Assembly (NCBI GenBank): GCA_013265495.1
Contig: MU058423.1
Coordinates: 6,867,449-6,931,448 of the forward strand
DNA length: 64,000 nucleotides
Direction: 5' to 3'
From: Vicugna vicugna
Taxonomy: Eukaryota
Under the pieces are notes generated by a model, which was not told the origin of the DNA, did no database searches, and saw nothing but the letters and a program-made list of their open reading frames with translations. Position 1 is the stretch's first letter, and each line of letters begins with the position of its first letter. The translations under genes were made by a program, and so were the position numbers. Shown here one piece after another: positions 51,331-63,392 of the stretch.

Positions 51331-51564
51331 GGAAGAAGGTTCCTTCATTTCTAGTCCATCTTCACATTTTGGAACTCTGCATGGTTTTGAACTGGGCCCT
51401 TTTTCTCTTTTCATTCATGGTTATCTCTCTGCAACATTGTCTTCTCCTATGACTTCAAACATATGATGACCCCTTCCAAATTTGCATCTTCATCAAAGAC
51501 CTCTTCCTGTATCCTATATAACAAAAGAAGAAAATAAAAATGGAAGAAAAAAAGCAGGTGAAAA

Positions 51565-51720
51565 AATTCGTAAAAGTTTTTGAGTTCTGACTATGTTCCG
51601 ATCCCCTTTATAGACAATTTATATGTATTAAATCAATCTCAAAACAACTATGATGAAGGTACTGTTATTTTTATTTTATAGAATAAGGAATTGACACATG
51701 GCTGAGTAATACTGTCTGAA
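51565..51720 (-). mobile_element. MIR fragment
   Basis: aacaactatgatgaaggtactgttatttttattttatagaataaggaattgacac. Confidence 0.65.
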
Positions 51721-52167
51721 CTGGTTTCTCCACACACGTTCATATGCTTATTAAAATGAATTTATCTTTTAAAAATACAAATTGTTATTTTCTTGCCTAT
51801 AATAATTCAATAATTTCCTGTTGCTTTAGGCCGAACTCTAAAATTCTTAGCATGAAGGTCCCTGTGAGCACCATGAGATGGAGACTTCTTGTCTCTGGTT
51901 TATTCCTATTTCCCCAGAGCGTAGAATAATGTCTGGCAGTCTGAACATTCTGACCCCTTCCTGATTCTTTTTTTCCTCTTTTGAATTTCTGTCCCCTTGG
52001 CCTTTAAGCTCTAGCCACGTTCTTCTTTCAGTTCTTCAGGCAAAGCAATTTTTCCAGGTTCAGAGTTTCTGACAAGCTCTGCTCTTCTAGACCATTCTTC
52101 ATTCCCATTATTGTTTGTTAAGTCAGGATCATTCTTCAGCACTGTTTGTCACTTTTTTAGGGAACCC

Positions 52168-52378
52168 CAGTAGTGTGTGGGGCCTTCCTGTACCAGGTTG
52201 CAGAAGTTGATTATGCTCATTTCTTCTGAACTCCATGTTCAGTGATATCACATTAGTGTCTTAAATTGTCCATAGTGGGGATATTTATAGTATAGAAACA
52301 GGCAAACGCTGCACTTCAAGACTCACTCCCTTCACGTTGCCAAGAGCCTGCTGTTAACCACCTGCCAGCACATCACGG
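52168..52378. mobile_element. MER63A-like hAT-Blackjack DNA transposon within L2
   Basis: cagtagtgtg...gttcagtgatatcac...ccatagtggggatattta...ggcaaacgct...ccagcacatcacgg. Confidence 0.75.
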
Positions 52379-52429
52379 AAGGGGTTTTGCCCAGTTCCCC
52401 TGACCACAAATGATCATTTCTTATTCATT

Positions 52430-52590
52430 TAACACAACTGTAATTATATAATTATTCTAGAATCTAAAATATCATTGAAACACCCTCAATTAGAGGATAT
52501 GAATTGTGTCTTTCTGTTTATCACCATGTCCCTAGGAACTAGAAGAGTATCTGGCACTAAGTAATATTTGTTGAACACAAAAATGAATTA
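52430..52590 (+). mobile_element. L2 3' end
   Basis: tgtgtctttctgtttatcaccatgtccctagg...tctggcactaagtaatatttgttgaa. Confidence 0.7.
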
Positions 52591-52649
52591 CTGCCTTATC
52601 ATAAAAATTTCTATACTAACTCAGACTTTAAGAATTGCAGAATAGTTGG

Positions 52650-53228
52650 TGTATTTGTTATCTATTGCTGCATATCAAATAGCCACCCACTTAGCTGCTT
52701 AAAACAACACACATTTATTATCTCAAAATTTCTGTGAGTCAGTGGTCCCGGCACAGCTTCGCTGGGTCCTCTGCTTGGGATTTCACACTGAGTTTCACTG
52801 GGAAGCTTCATGGGAAGAAACGACTTCCAAGCTAATTCAGGTGACTTCTATAATTCGTTTCCCATGGATGTGTATCCAACCCCAGCTTTTTCCTGGTGGT
52901 TGGCTGAAACACTTCCTCAGCAACTGGAGGCCTCCTGCAGTTTCTGGAGACCACCTATGGTTCGTTGCAACATGTGCATTCCCATCATGGTCCCTTACTT
53001 CATCAGGGAAGCAAGGAGAGTCTCTGGATGTCTGCCATCAGGACAGAGTCATATATATTGTACTGTAGTTACAGAAGCGACATCCCCTTAGCTTTGCTGA
53101 TTCAGCTGGTTAGAAGCAGCCCCAGGTTCTGCCCACATGAAAGGGAACGGAATCAAACAAAAGTGTGAACACCAGATCATGGACGGGTTGGTAGGGGAGG
53201 ATATTTATCATCTACTCTACCTACCACA
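52650..53228 (-). mobile_element. MLT1F-like MaLR solo LTR
   Basis: tgtatttgttatctattgctgcat...cttaaaacaacacacatttattatctca...ctacctaccaca; 5-bp flanks gttgg / gtggg. Confidence 0.85.
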
Positions 53229-56099
53229 GTGGGAGAGAATAATAAAGAGCTTATTAATTTAGGAAGTATTAAAAAGCTCATTATGATTTGTATCTAATTA
53301 CATAATAAATGGCTATAAAATTAGAAGTGAACATGTAAAAATGTCATAAATACCAATTATAGCAGAGCTGCATTCAGGACTACTTGATTACCAGTTCTTT
53401 TAAAAATGAGCACATCATTAGTTTGATTTGGTTTCTGTTCAATGAATAGAAATATATACTTCTAGAAATTTAGCATAAATCTGTTTTTTTATTATAAAAG
53501 AAAGTACATTACTTTTTTACGTAGGATTACTATTAGATTTAAAGACCCAATATTACAAACTTAGTTTTAGTATGTGAGGCCCTTCTTCATATAGGATTGC
53601 TAGTCACTAAAAGCTATCAATTGTAGAAACGTTTTATCCCTACGTTATCTTCCTGATCTTAATTGCACTGGTCTATGAGAAATCATATGAGAATCCGAAT
53701 GTAAGAATTTTTACAGATGTTTGTCTTGTTCATTTTAATCTGTAAATGATGAGGTCAGTTTTTAGTCAAAGCTGTGTCCCCTGTGCTTGACCCACATTAG
53801 GTGTTCAGAGTGTTTTTTATGTGACTGTTGAAATGTATGCAAACCTTCGTTCCTTTGCTCCGTCCTCAACCCTTCAACCTTGTCTGTCTCAAACAAAGAT
53901 GATGCAAATACTTTAAAAATCAAAAGAAAAAAAAAGGAAAATGATGTGGAAAACAATGCACTTTCTTGTCATGATTAGACTTGACTAAACATTTCTCTTA
54001 TATGTTTACTTTAAAATGACTAAAATAATATCCACTCTTCCTTACAGTAAATTGATTGTCTATTAAAAACGTAGTATAGGATACCCTTATGATACTATTC
54101 TAAATTCACTTTTGACCTATTTTAGTAATTTAATTTCTAGACAGAAATAGTATAAAAATGCTCATTCTGCTCTACTTCACCTATGCCAAAAAAAATTTGC
54201 ACTTTATCAAAATTGGCAAGGACTTTTTAAAAGCAGTGAATTGTTTTGCAGTCAGTACTGATCTAAACAACAAAGGGAGAAAAGCATAATTCCTGCAGTT
54301 CATATCAGTAAAGCAAAAACAGTTTGTAATAAGAAATGAGAAACTTGTACATAATATGTCTTAAATCTCTCTGCCAGCTTCTGTTAACATCTGCCACGAC
54401 TACTAGGTATTCATGAAATTTTCATTCACTTGAGTAAGTTGATAACCATGACGTAATGAGTCTATCAACGGATAATGCTGTGACAGTCAGAAGGATGAAA
54501 GAGCCTCTCCTTTCCAAAACTCAATTGTTGTGTTTGACTTTCCATGGTTGAATTAGCAGGGAAGATGTCTCATTTGTGATTTTCCTCCAGCTGAACTTCA
54601 TAACTTGTGATACGACTATGAAGAAAGACATTGTTTAGAAGGTGCCCCAAAGGGCTATATTTAAACTACAATCATTCTTCATTTCAGACAAGGAGTAGGT
54701 ACTGGATATTGTGGTAAGTGCCAGGGTATCAAAAGTGGATAAATTACAAGGTCTCCCCTAGAGGAACTTCCTGGCGGTGGGTGAGAGAGATGAATCATTT
54801 CTGTTAAGGAGACAGACTTATTTCTGCATGAGTGGCTGTTGCTTCTCAAAGAATCAGTAATTTCTGTAAGACAGTTATTTCAGTCCAAATCTCCACAGAA
54901 AACAGAACTAAATTCTTACCAAATTTGCACTCAAGGCTATTTGCCAGTCTGTGAAAAGGTAGTGTTATTGAGGGATAATTAATAGAACAGCTTTTCCAGG
55001 GACTGTCACATCATCCAAATGTTCACCTGTACCATTCTGTTAAATGTGGCTGCCCTGTTCCGGTTTCATAGGTGAAATTCAATATTTGGGTTAATGACAT
55101 AGTTTTCTTTCTCTATCTTAGAAAACCCACTATATTCATGTGGTGCTTTTGGATTTTTGTATAAACATTGAGTGAGTCACTTTGATTAAAAAAAAGGTCA
55201 CTAGCCATTTTGTCCACTAGTCTGTGCCTTTCTTTCCTTTCTTTCTCCTTTTCCCCTCTTTCCTTCTCATTCTTGATCCCTTCCACCAAAATGCAGTTTT
55301 CTACCATGTTAGTAGGAACTTCCCCAATTCTGAACCTTGCTCTGTAACTACTGAAACCCCCTTTCAAAAACTGTAATAGAAGAGTTCTGTTTAGCAAGTC
55401 ATTTGAAAAATGTCAGCAACAACCCTTTGCCCTGTCTCCTTGGCATTCTGAAAGTTGCCAGTCTACCTCCCTGTGGTTCCCTACCTAGACCACAGTTTCA
55501 AGAACTGAACTGTGGACCCTTGTTCAGTGTCCCCTGCTGAAAATCAGAGTAAACAGTTTGGATCAAAATGGGCTTTCTGAACTCACATTTTAGCATGTTG
55601 AGCCACCACTATGGAATGTTTGGGATTCTATTAATACAGCTTTATGGCTTTAAAAGAAAGTATTCTTTCAGTACTGAAAAGGTAGCTGCTTTATTTTCAA
55701 GTGGCAAAAATGGCAGAAAAAATTTGATCTGGGATATAGCTCATTGGAGTATCATAATTTTGTCTTAAATAAGTAAAGGGTTATTTTACAAGCTGTAATT
55801 TGAAAATATATATATATACTTAGGTCAAAAATTATAGGCTGGTAAATGTGAAATACTAAGGTATATTGGAGAGTACATATTTGGATGCATATGAAATCTA
55901 AACTATCTAATGATTCTTGACATTAATTGTTCAGTGCTTTCTAAAAGCTCAAAGAACAAAAACAACATTTTATGATGATCCTCACAATTTCATAGTCATT
56001 ATAGTTAAAAATAACAATTGTATTCTACTTCTGTAGCGCTACCTAAAATTCTGTCGCTAAAAATATTTCAGTAATACGTTTCGGCAATGAAGAGAAGTG

Positions 56100-56345
56100 T
56101 CCCTACCTTGCATCTAATATGGCTTTCCTGGTATCCACTGCTGGAAGCCGTAGTACCCCTAACAGGCTCTCAAGGCATTTTATTTGTATAGCATTTATTA
56201 CACTTAATATATACTTTGGTTTATTTTCATGCTAATCTTATCTCCCTTGCTAGATTCTTAAATGACAATATTACGGCTCATCTGCCCTCAGACTCATAGC
56301 GTCTATCACAGTGCCTCACTTCCATTTCTCACTTACTGAGTAAAT
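56100..56345 (+). mobile_element. L2 3' fragment
   Basis: tctcccttgctagattc...agcgtctatcacagtgcc...ttactgagtaaatg. Confidence 0.55.
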
Positions 56346-57265
56346 GCCGGGCCTGAATCCAAGGATTACCCAAGAGTTTAGGCAAGTCACTGACAGAGAT
56401 GAGACTAGAATCCAACTCTCCACTACCTCCCTCTTTCGCTGCAGAGAGCTGCTGGCCCCACACTCTCGAGCTGATATATATCCTCAAAGGTCTAAAACTA
56501 GAAATAGAGGAAAGACAAATGAGGAAAATGCTCTAATATTATTACGGGATAAATATCCCAGTAGTATGCACAATATTCAGGTTTCTGCCACCCCAAAAGG
56601 GAAAATTTTAAAGCATGGAACAAAAATCCTTGAAAATTCATTTTTAGAATACGTTAACAGTGGTCTATTTAAGAATAAATGCAGATGGCTAATGATGAAT
56701 AATCTTGGCTATATGTGAGATATACACATATACTATTTTTAGAATAATGTATTGATAGGTTGTTTTACTTGCTATTATGTAATTCAGTTAAAATGGTGCA
56801 AATATCTAAAAGTTATTCCAAATATAATTTCCCAATTATTCAAATCATGTGGACATTATTTCATAGAATAATAATACTGTAATTAAAACACAATATGGGT
56901 TATTTTGTAAAGAACTAGATATACATTAATACATCGATGTGACATATCCACTGAATTTTCACACTCTCCTCTTTCATAGTTGGAGAAAGGGCCACAGAAG
57001 GGTTCTTACTGGCTCTGCCTTCATCTCTGCACTTTCTCCTGTGCTTTTTTGTCGTGGCCTTCACTGACTCCTCTTCTTCTGCCAGCCATTAAATATTAGA
57101 TTAATTAGTTTTATTTAGAGGTTTATCTTTGCCTTTTCTAAAATGAAAGAAATTTCTATATTAGTGTTGTAAATTGTAATTGTCCATTTTATTGACTGTC
57201 TCTGCACTAGTCTGTGAATTCTTTGATGGAAGACACAATGGCTTATTCACTTTGGTTTTATGGTC

Positions 57266-57332
57266 CATAGGAATTTATATTATAGGAATTATAGGAATTT
57301 AATTATAGGAATTAGCTTTAATTATAGGAATA
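57266..57332. repeat. Short tandem array of ataggaatt units
   Basis: Five copies of ataggaa(t) with AT-rich spacers. Confidence 0.9.
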
Positions 57333-57544
57333 AGCAAATTCGCAGAGTTTAAAACCAGACTTCAGCCTGCCAATGTGCCAACGTGCCAACATAGGGCTTT
57401 TGAGACCAGTTATCAGTAAGGTCAATAATCTGACTTATCCTTGGTCTAGTGAGAACTGGGAGATTAATGGGGGAGACCTAAAACCTGTGTGATTTATTTT
57501 AGTATGGTCAGTAGTTTGAATTGGGATTGAATCATAACTTTAAG

Positions 57545-57665
57545 GATATGTGAAATGGGAGAAAAGACAGAGTTTGGAGTAAAAATCCTGAATTCTCATG
57601 CTAGATCTTCACATATCTGACTGTGTAATCTTGGACACGTTACCCAATCTCCCTGAATCTCAAGA
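57545..57665 (+). mobile_element. MIR fragment
   Basis: ttggagtaaaaatcctgaattc...ctgtgtaatcttggacacgttacccaatctccctgaatctca. Confidence 0.7.
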
Positions 57666-58439
57666 ACAGAGCTGATCTGGGACAGTCTTACTTTTTCTTA
57701 CCTTAAAAGCCTAATTTTAGTCAGACCAGCCTCTGTGGCTGAACAAATGAGGCAGCGCGTAGTTTGAAGTGTAGAATGATTCATTAGGCTAAACATTTTG
57801 CATTAAACCTTCCTGTTTCTCTGACCTGGAACAACGGAAGCCTCAGTGTCCCAAATTTGCTGCATCTCCCTGCATGTTACTACGTTGAGTGTTATTGCAT
57901 ACATTTCATTTGAGAAACATCACTCGAGCATATATTTGTCCCTATGTTAAAGAGCATGAAAGTACAGGAATGCCATTAATCATATGCTTCCTGAGAGCTA
58001 ATTGTTCTTTGCAACAGTGGAAGAAGTGGCTTTAGATAAGGGCTTCTTTTTTTACACTGAGGCTCACTTGTTTTGTTTTAATCATTTATTCTTGCCTTTG
58101 CTACTGTTTGGAATTTTTCACATATGCTTCTGAATATGCTTCTTTGATTTATTATTACCACAGCATTTATTTTTTTTATTTGACCTTTTTTTCCCTGGAA
58201 AACAGACAGGAATCTGTGAAAAGTATCTCTTTTGGTGCTCCACCCAAATCATGAGGGTGGCCAATGGAATCAATCTGCCACCCGAAACTTCCACCATATT
58301 GAAAGCATGTGAAAGCCATTCTTCTGTCAATGCCTATCACTTCTGCCTGCAGGGTTACTGGTAGGAGACATTCCAACTAGGCTGTTCAGTTAGGAATGTG
58401 AGTTAGTCTGGGCAGGAATTGTAAATCTAGGGGTGCTTT

Positions 58440-58620
58440 GCTGTTATTAACCACAGCATGTACATCCTGTTTCAGTCTCCTTATTTGAACAAGCGTGTGT
58501 GTTCACTCACTCTAATTTCCTATTTCCTTCCCAACCAAACTAAAGTGGCTGACACCAGAGACTGACAGCTGGACAAGGACAGAGGAAGTTGAACCACATT
58601 TCCTTCTGTATCACTTACTT
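58440..58620. promoter_or_regulatory. Putative haematopoietic-type enhancer (ETS/PU.1 + RUNX + E-box)
   Basis: AGAGGAAGT 58581-58589 next to AACCACA 58592-58598; TGACAGCTG 58563-58571; second AACCACA 58449-58455. Confidence 0.4.
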
Positions 58621-61294
58621 TCGGTGTGTTGGGTCTTAGATCGCACACTGAACTTGTTTGTGCTTGGGTACCTTTAATACAAGACCCTTCAAGTCCAGTC
58701 TTCTTCTGATACAGCCTTTCTTATAAATTAAATGAACTTCTAAATTCAGGATTCACACCCATTGCCTATTACTTTAAAATAACCCAAGTTTATCATTCCT
58801 GCCCAGACTAAGTCACATTCCTGGCTGCAATGGCCTAGTTGGAATGTCTAGCCTCAGAAATTCACATTTTCTACAGTTATTTCTATCTCATACATTTAAC
58901 CCACAAACTGAATGCAGTTAAAAACAGCAGCAAGTCTGTTTCAAATTAAGTGATACACTTAGAGTATTAACAAAGACCATACAAAAATGCAGAGGCAGAA
59001 TAAAGACTTAGAAATACAAAAAAATCAGAATCAGTAAAAAGAAAAACACTGTAAATGTCCAAGTACCATTAATACAAATTTTGTAGAAATTAGTAAATCT
59101 CCAGAGATTTTTTTAAGCTCACTCCAAAATGAGTTTAAACTCAAGGTAACATTTAATTTATGAAAAGTATTCTGAAATAGTAAATATCAAGAAGGTTTTC
59201 TCAGGATTTCTAAGGAGCCGATTTGTAAAGTGCCTGCGGAGCATGTAAAATGTATTTATATGAGTAGGTGTAGGCATTACTGTAAAAGACATAACTATTT
59301 TATTCTACAGAGCAAAGTTAAAGTAAAATATTCCGAAGAAAAGGCAGGGCAATAGGAAGTTCAGGAATCCAATAAAATAATTCCTTGTGACATAGCATGC
59401 CAGTGAATTTAACAACAAATTAAACAACTAAACTTGATACGAACTGCTATTCTTTCTTGGGAAAAACACCAGGGAGCTTTCCATGAATAAGAAGCAATGA
59501 ATCAAGACCAAAGGAAACTGACCACACCTGTCTTGGTTATGAGAGGAATGGGAGCAGGAATCAGACACTGAACTACCTAAAGCACACGGATGGAAATACC
59601 ACCAGTGACTTCCCGTAACCTTGCCACCGCCTGCAGGTGATTCCCTGCACCAGAGAAACCGGGGCTGGCAAGCCTCAGCAAGCCTCCTGTGTGCACCCAT
59701 GCTGCTCTAGGAACCGAGCCCAAGGGACGTGCATTTGTGTAATGGAATGTGGGCTTTCTCTCTCTCTCCTTGTCTGTGGCTTCTTTGTGTATGTGTTGGC
59801 TACCACTGCTCTTAAGTGGCTTATGAGAAATGCAAAACCATTAAAGACATACAAATAAGTCACATTTTTGTCTGAACCAATGCAATAAATTTCTAGTCCG
59901 AAGAATACTTTTGGCTCTTTGGAAATAATTTAGAGGCCTCTGCTGTTCATACAGGACTTCTACATTTAGCTTCTAAACTTTTACTTTTTTTTTTAACCTT
60001 TTAAATCTTTTGTCTCACCATTTATTTTCTTCATCATAGATCATTGTTGAATCCAGATGTTTCATATAGATGACTTAATGAGTAGTTAAATGAAGCTGAC
60101 AGGTAACCAAATCAGCAAAGGTTCACTGCCTTCTATATGTAAAGCTCTATTGTGGGAATTTCTTCAGATTAAAAATAGATAAGTCTGTTTTTTCACTCAA
60201 AAGCAGATGATCTAGTAATCTGAAGAAATGGTAGTATGCTTTATGAAGTTATTAATTCATGTATTATTGATAACAACATATACACACGTTGCCTTAAAGG
60301 ATAAAGTGACATTTTTAAGAATACATATGATAGAGTTAATCATCAATTTCTCAAAACAAATCTTGGATATGTTTCTAGTCTCTAAACTTGAACAGAATTA
60401 TTTTTATGAATACTAGCACAGTTGGCTACATTCACTGATTGAATGCATTCTATTCTAAAAATATTGTTTACATTGAGATGTTAACAATTGGGTATTAAAG
60501 TGCATGCCTGCAGACTAGAAAAGAGAAAATCATACTTACACATTGTTTTGGGTAACTGTGTGGAAATTATAATGCCAAATTGACCACACAAGAATAAACT
60601 TTTGATTTCAGTACACATTGCAGTTGTCTCTTTTGCTAAAGATCTTCACGAAATTACAGTTAATGTTTATTTTTACGTTTTCTCTTCATTTGTACTAAGA
60701 GGTAGTCAGTAAATATTTATATAAGAACATGAAAACAATCAAACAAAAAATTTAAATTAAAAAAAAATACCAGGCCCATACTTTAAGTCCACAATGAGAG
60801 CCTTAGAAAATTGTTACAGTAAACTTATATTGAAGTCAGTTTTTCTGTACCTTATATAATATCTGCCTACGCAAATACTTCATAGAATTGTTCCTTCTCC
60901 CTTATAAATCCTAAGAGTATACTTCAGCTGTTAGCTCAAGAGGAATGTGGTAAATGCGTAAGATGACAATGTGAGAAAGCACTGATTCTGCTGCTGTCTC
61001 AAAGACCAGGAAAGATTTGATCAAAGAAGAAAAGTTTACAATAAATGTGATATAGTCACTGGTGGTAGTCACAAACTTGGGAATAAGTTTTTTTAATTTG
61101 GATGTGAAGAGTACTTTATGTTTACATATGACTTAGTAATGAGTTAAACTGATATAAAGAGCAAAAAAATCTGACTATGTCACTAATTCTGTTTATTTTG
61201 GGCTGACTGAGCGCAAATGGATGGATGGGTGACTAGAAGTGAATGGGTGACTTTACACATGCTTCCTCTTATTCTAGAAGGCGTGATGATATCT

Positions 61295-61600
61295 TACCAT
61301 TCATTCATGGAGTTGTTCATTCCAATTTATTTATCCATGTGCCTTTATCATGTAAAGCATGTATATGTTCCGTTCCCTCAAATTACTCAGAAACTAGAGG
61401 AAGGAAATAGACTTGTCAGAAGAATACAGTGTGACTGGCTGCATGTCATAATGCTGCAGGTAGGGCTGAGTAGGAGAGCTCAGGGAATTCTTCATGGAGA
61501 AGGTTGCTCTGAGCTGCATCTTGAAGGATGTCTAGGAATTATCCTGACTGGGAAGAGAATTTTACGTAAAGAGAAGAACATAAGCCAGCATCTCTTGAGA
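61295..61600 (-). mobile_element. L2 fragment
   Basis: cattcattcat...ttcatggagaaggttgctctgagctgcatcttgaaggatg. Confidence 0.7.
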
Positions 61601-61702
61601 TGTTTTCTGAGAATCAGATGTTAGATTTTTTAAAAAAGATATCCACTGGGCAAACAAAGGCACCAAAAATTTCTTTACTGCATCACTCTCAGAAACTTTA
61701 GC

Positions 61703-62235
61703 AAGAGTTTCTTAAATTTTCTGGATTAATAGTATACTTTAGGTCACTTAATAAAAATACAGATTTCACAAACTCACTGGCAGTCCATTCAGGCTGTTAT
61801 AACAAAATGCAACAGGCTGGGTAGCTTATAAACAGACATTTTTTCCCCGCAATTCTAGTGGCCACAAGTGCAAGATCAAGGTGACAGCATGATTGGGTTC
61901 TAGTGAAAAACTGTCTTTCAGGCTGCAGACTTACTGTGTCTTCACATGGTGGAAGGGGCTTGGGATCACAGTCATCTTTCACAAAGGCATTAATCTCATT
62001 CATGAGGGCTTTGCCCTTGGGACCCAAGCACTTCCTAAAACCATACCTCCTAATACCATCACAGTGGGCATTAGGAATTCAACATGTGAATTTGGGGGAG
62101 ACGCATTCAGACCACAGTGCTTAGCTCAGATACATAATGCAGAACCTTCCTTTAAATAGGCCTGGTAATCCATGCTTTTGTTAAAAAAAAAAATGGTCCC
62201 AGCTGATTGTTAAAATCTTCAGGCTTTACTGCTGT
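61703..62235. mobile_element. MER5B/C-like DNA transposon split by MLT1A
   Basis: agagtttcttaaa...ttaataaaaatacagattt; after the LTR ...ggcctggtaatccatgctttt...cccagctgatt. Confidence 0.5.
61778..62119 (-). mobile_element. MLT1A0-like MaLR solo LTR
   Basis: agtccattcaggctgttataacaaaat...caagatcaaggtg...taatctcattcatgagggc...ttcaacatgtgaatttggggg...cattcagaccacag. Confidence 0.9.
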
Positions 62236-63345
62236 TTAAGCAGTTGTGCAGTCAGGATCTTCATAAGAAGAATGTGGTATATACTACTTTTCAAACTCAC
62301 TTGTGCTGTAACTTTTATATGAGGAAATTCTTATTCGCATGTTGTGAAATAATTGTGCTCCTCGGAGCATGTTTGAAAATATCAGCAAAATGTAAAGGCA
62401 TGACAAGCTGAAAAGCTGTGACTTATTCTGTGGCTCCTTAGAAGGTCTGTGGTTCTGAAAACAGAACTATGGGACGTGATGCTGAGGAACTGTAGCAACT
62501 AGCCGATGCAGTCATGCTAAGGTTTTTGTACTTTATCTTACAAGTAATGAGGAATCCAGAATGATTTTTGAAGCCAGTAAAATTAGGTTTGAAAAGGTGA
62601 ATGAGTGACTTTGTGCATGCTTCATCTTAATTACTTAACTGATTATGAAGTTATACATAATGCAAGACAACAATGAACCAAATAGAAATTAATAAATAAC
62701 AAGGAATGACCTATAAGTCTTTTCCAGAGATTATTTTTACGTATATAAAACCTCATCAGGACATGCAGCAACATGAACATTTAGGAAAATTTTAGGGACT
62801 CCATATAACTGTTAAGATCGTAGGAAAAGGAGGAAGTAATTTATTTTTTTGTCCCCTCAGGCTCCATGGGGCACTTTCAGGTGAACCACAGTCCTGGAAC
62901 AAACCTGTCAGGTTCTTTAATTCTAGACAATCTGGAGACCTGAGCTGTCCTTCCTCGGGATGTAAGTAGAGTAGGACTGAGGCGATGCTGAGCTGGTTTT
63001 GCTTGGATGTCACTAAAATGCGTGATTCAAGAGGCAATATTCAAAAGTAAAACCAAAATCAAAACTAAAATCTGACTAGCATATCCAAGTTGTTTATCAA
63101 CCTCAAAGCAAAGAAAGAGAAAATTTGTATATGTAAGGACCCTGGGTAGAAACAAGAAAATCAGGTAGGAGGAGGGGGTTTTGAGCCAAATGGAGCCTAA
63201 AGATTCTTTTGTTCTGTATAAATGCGGCTCCCTCTGCTTTTCACAGAGCACGTGTGACCTTGAAAAATTCAATGATTGAAAATGAACATCAGTGATTGTT
63301 CAACAAAACTCAGCAAATCAGCTATTGCTAACATGGGTTCTAAAG

Positions 63346-63392
63346 CACCCCAAGATTAACTTATTCTATATCACCCCAAGATTAATTTATTT
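63346..63392. repeat. Imperfect 26-bp-period tandem duplication
   Basis: caccccaagattaacttattctatat / caccccaagattaatttattt. Confidence 0.85.

Noticed and set aside
61217..61624. 135-aa ATG-initiated ORF
   Set aside because: It largely overlaps an antisense L2 fragment and has no recognisable domain.
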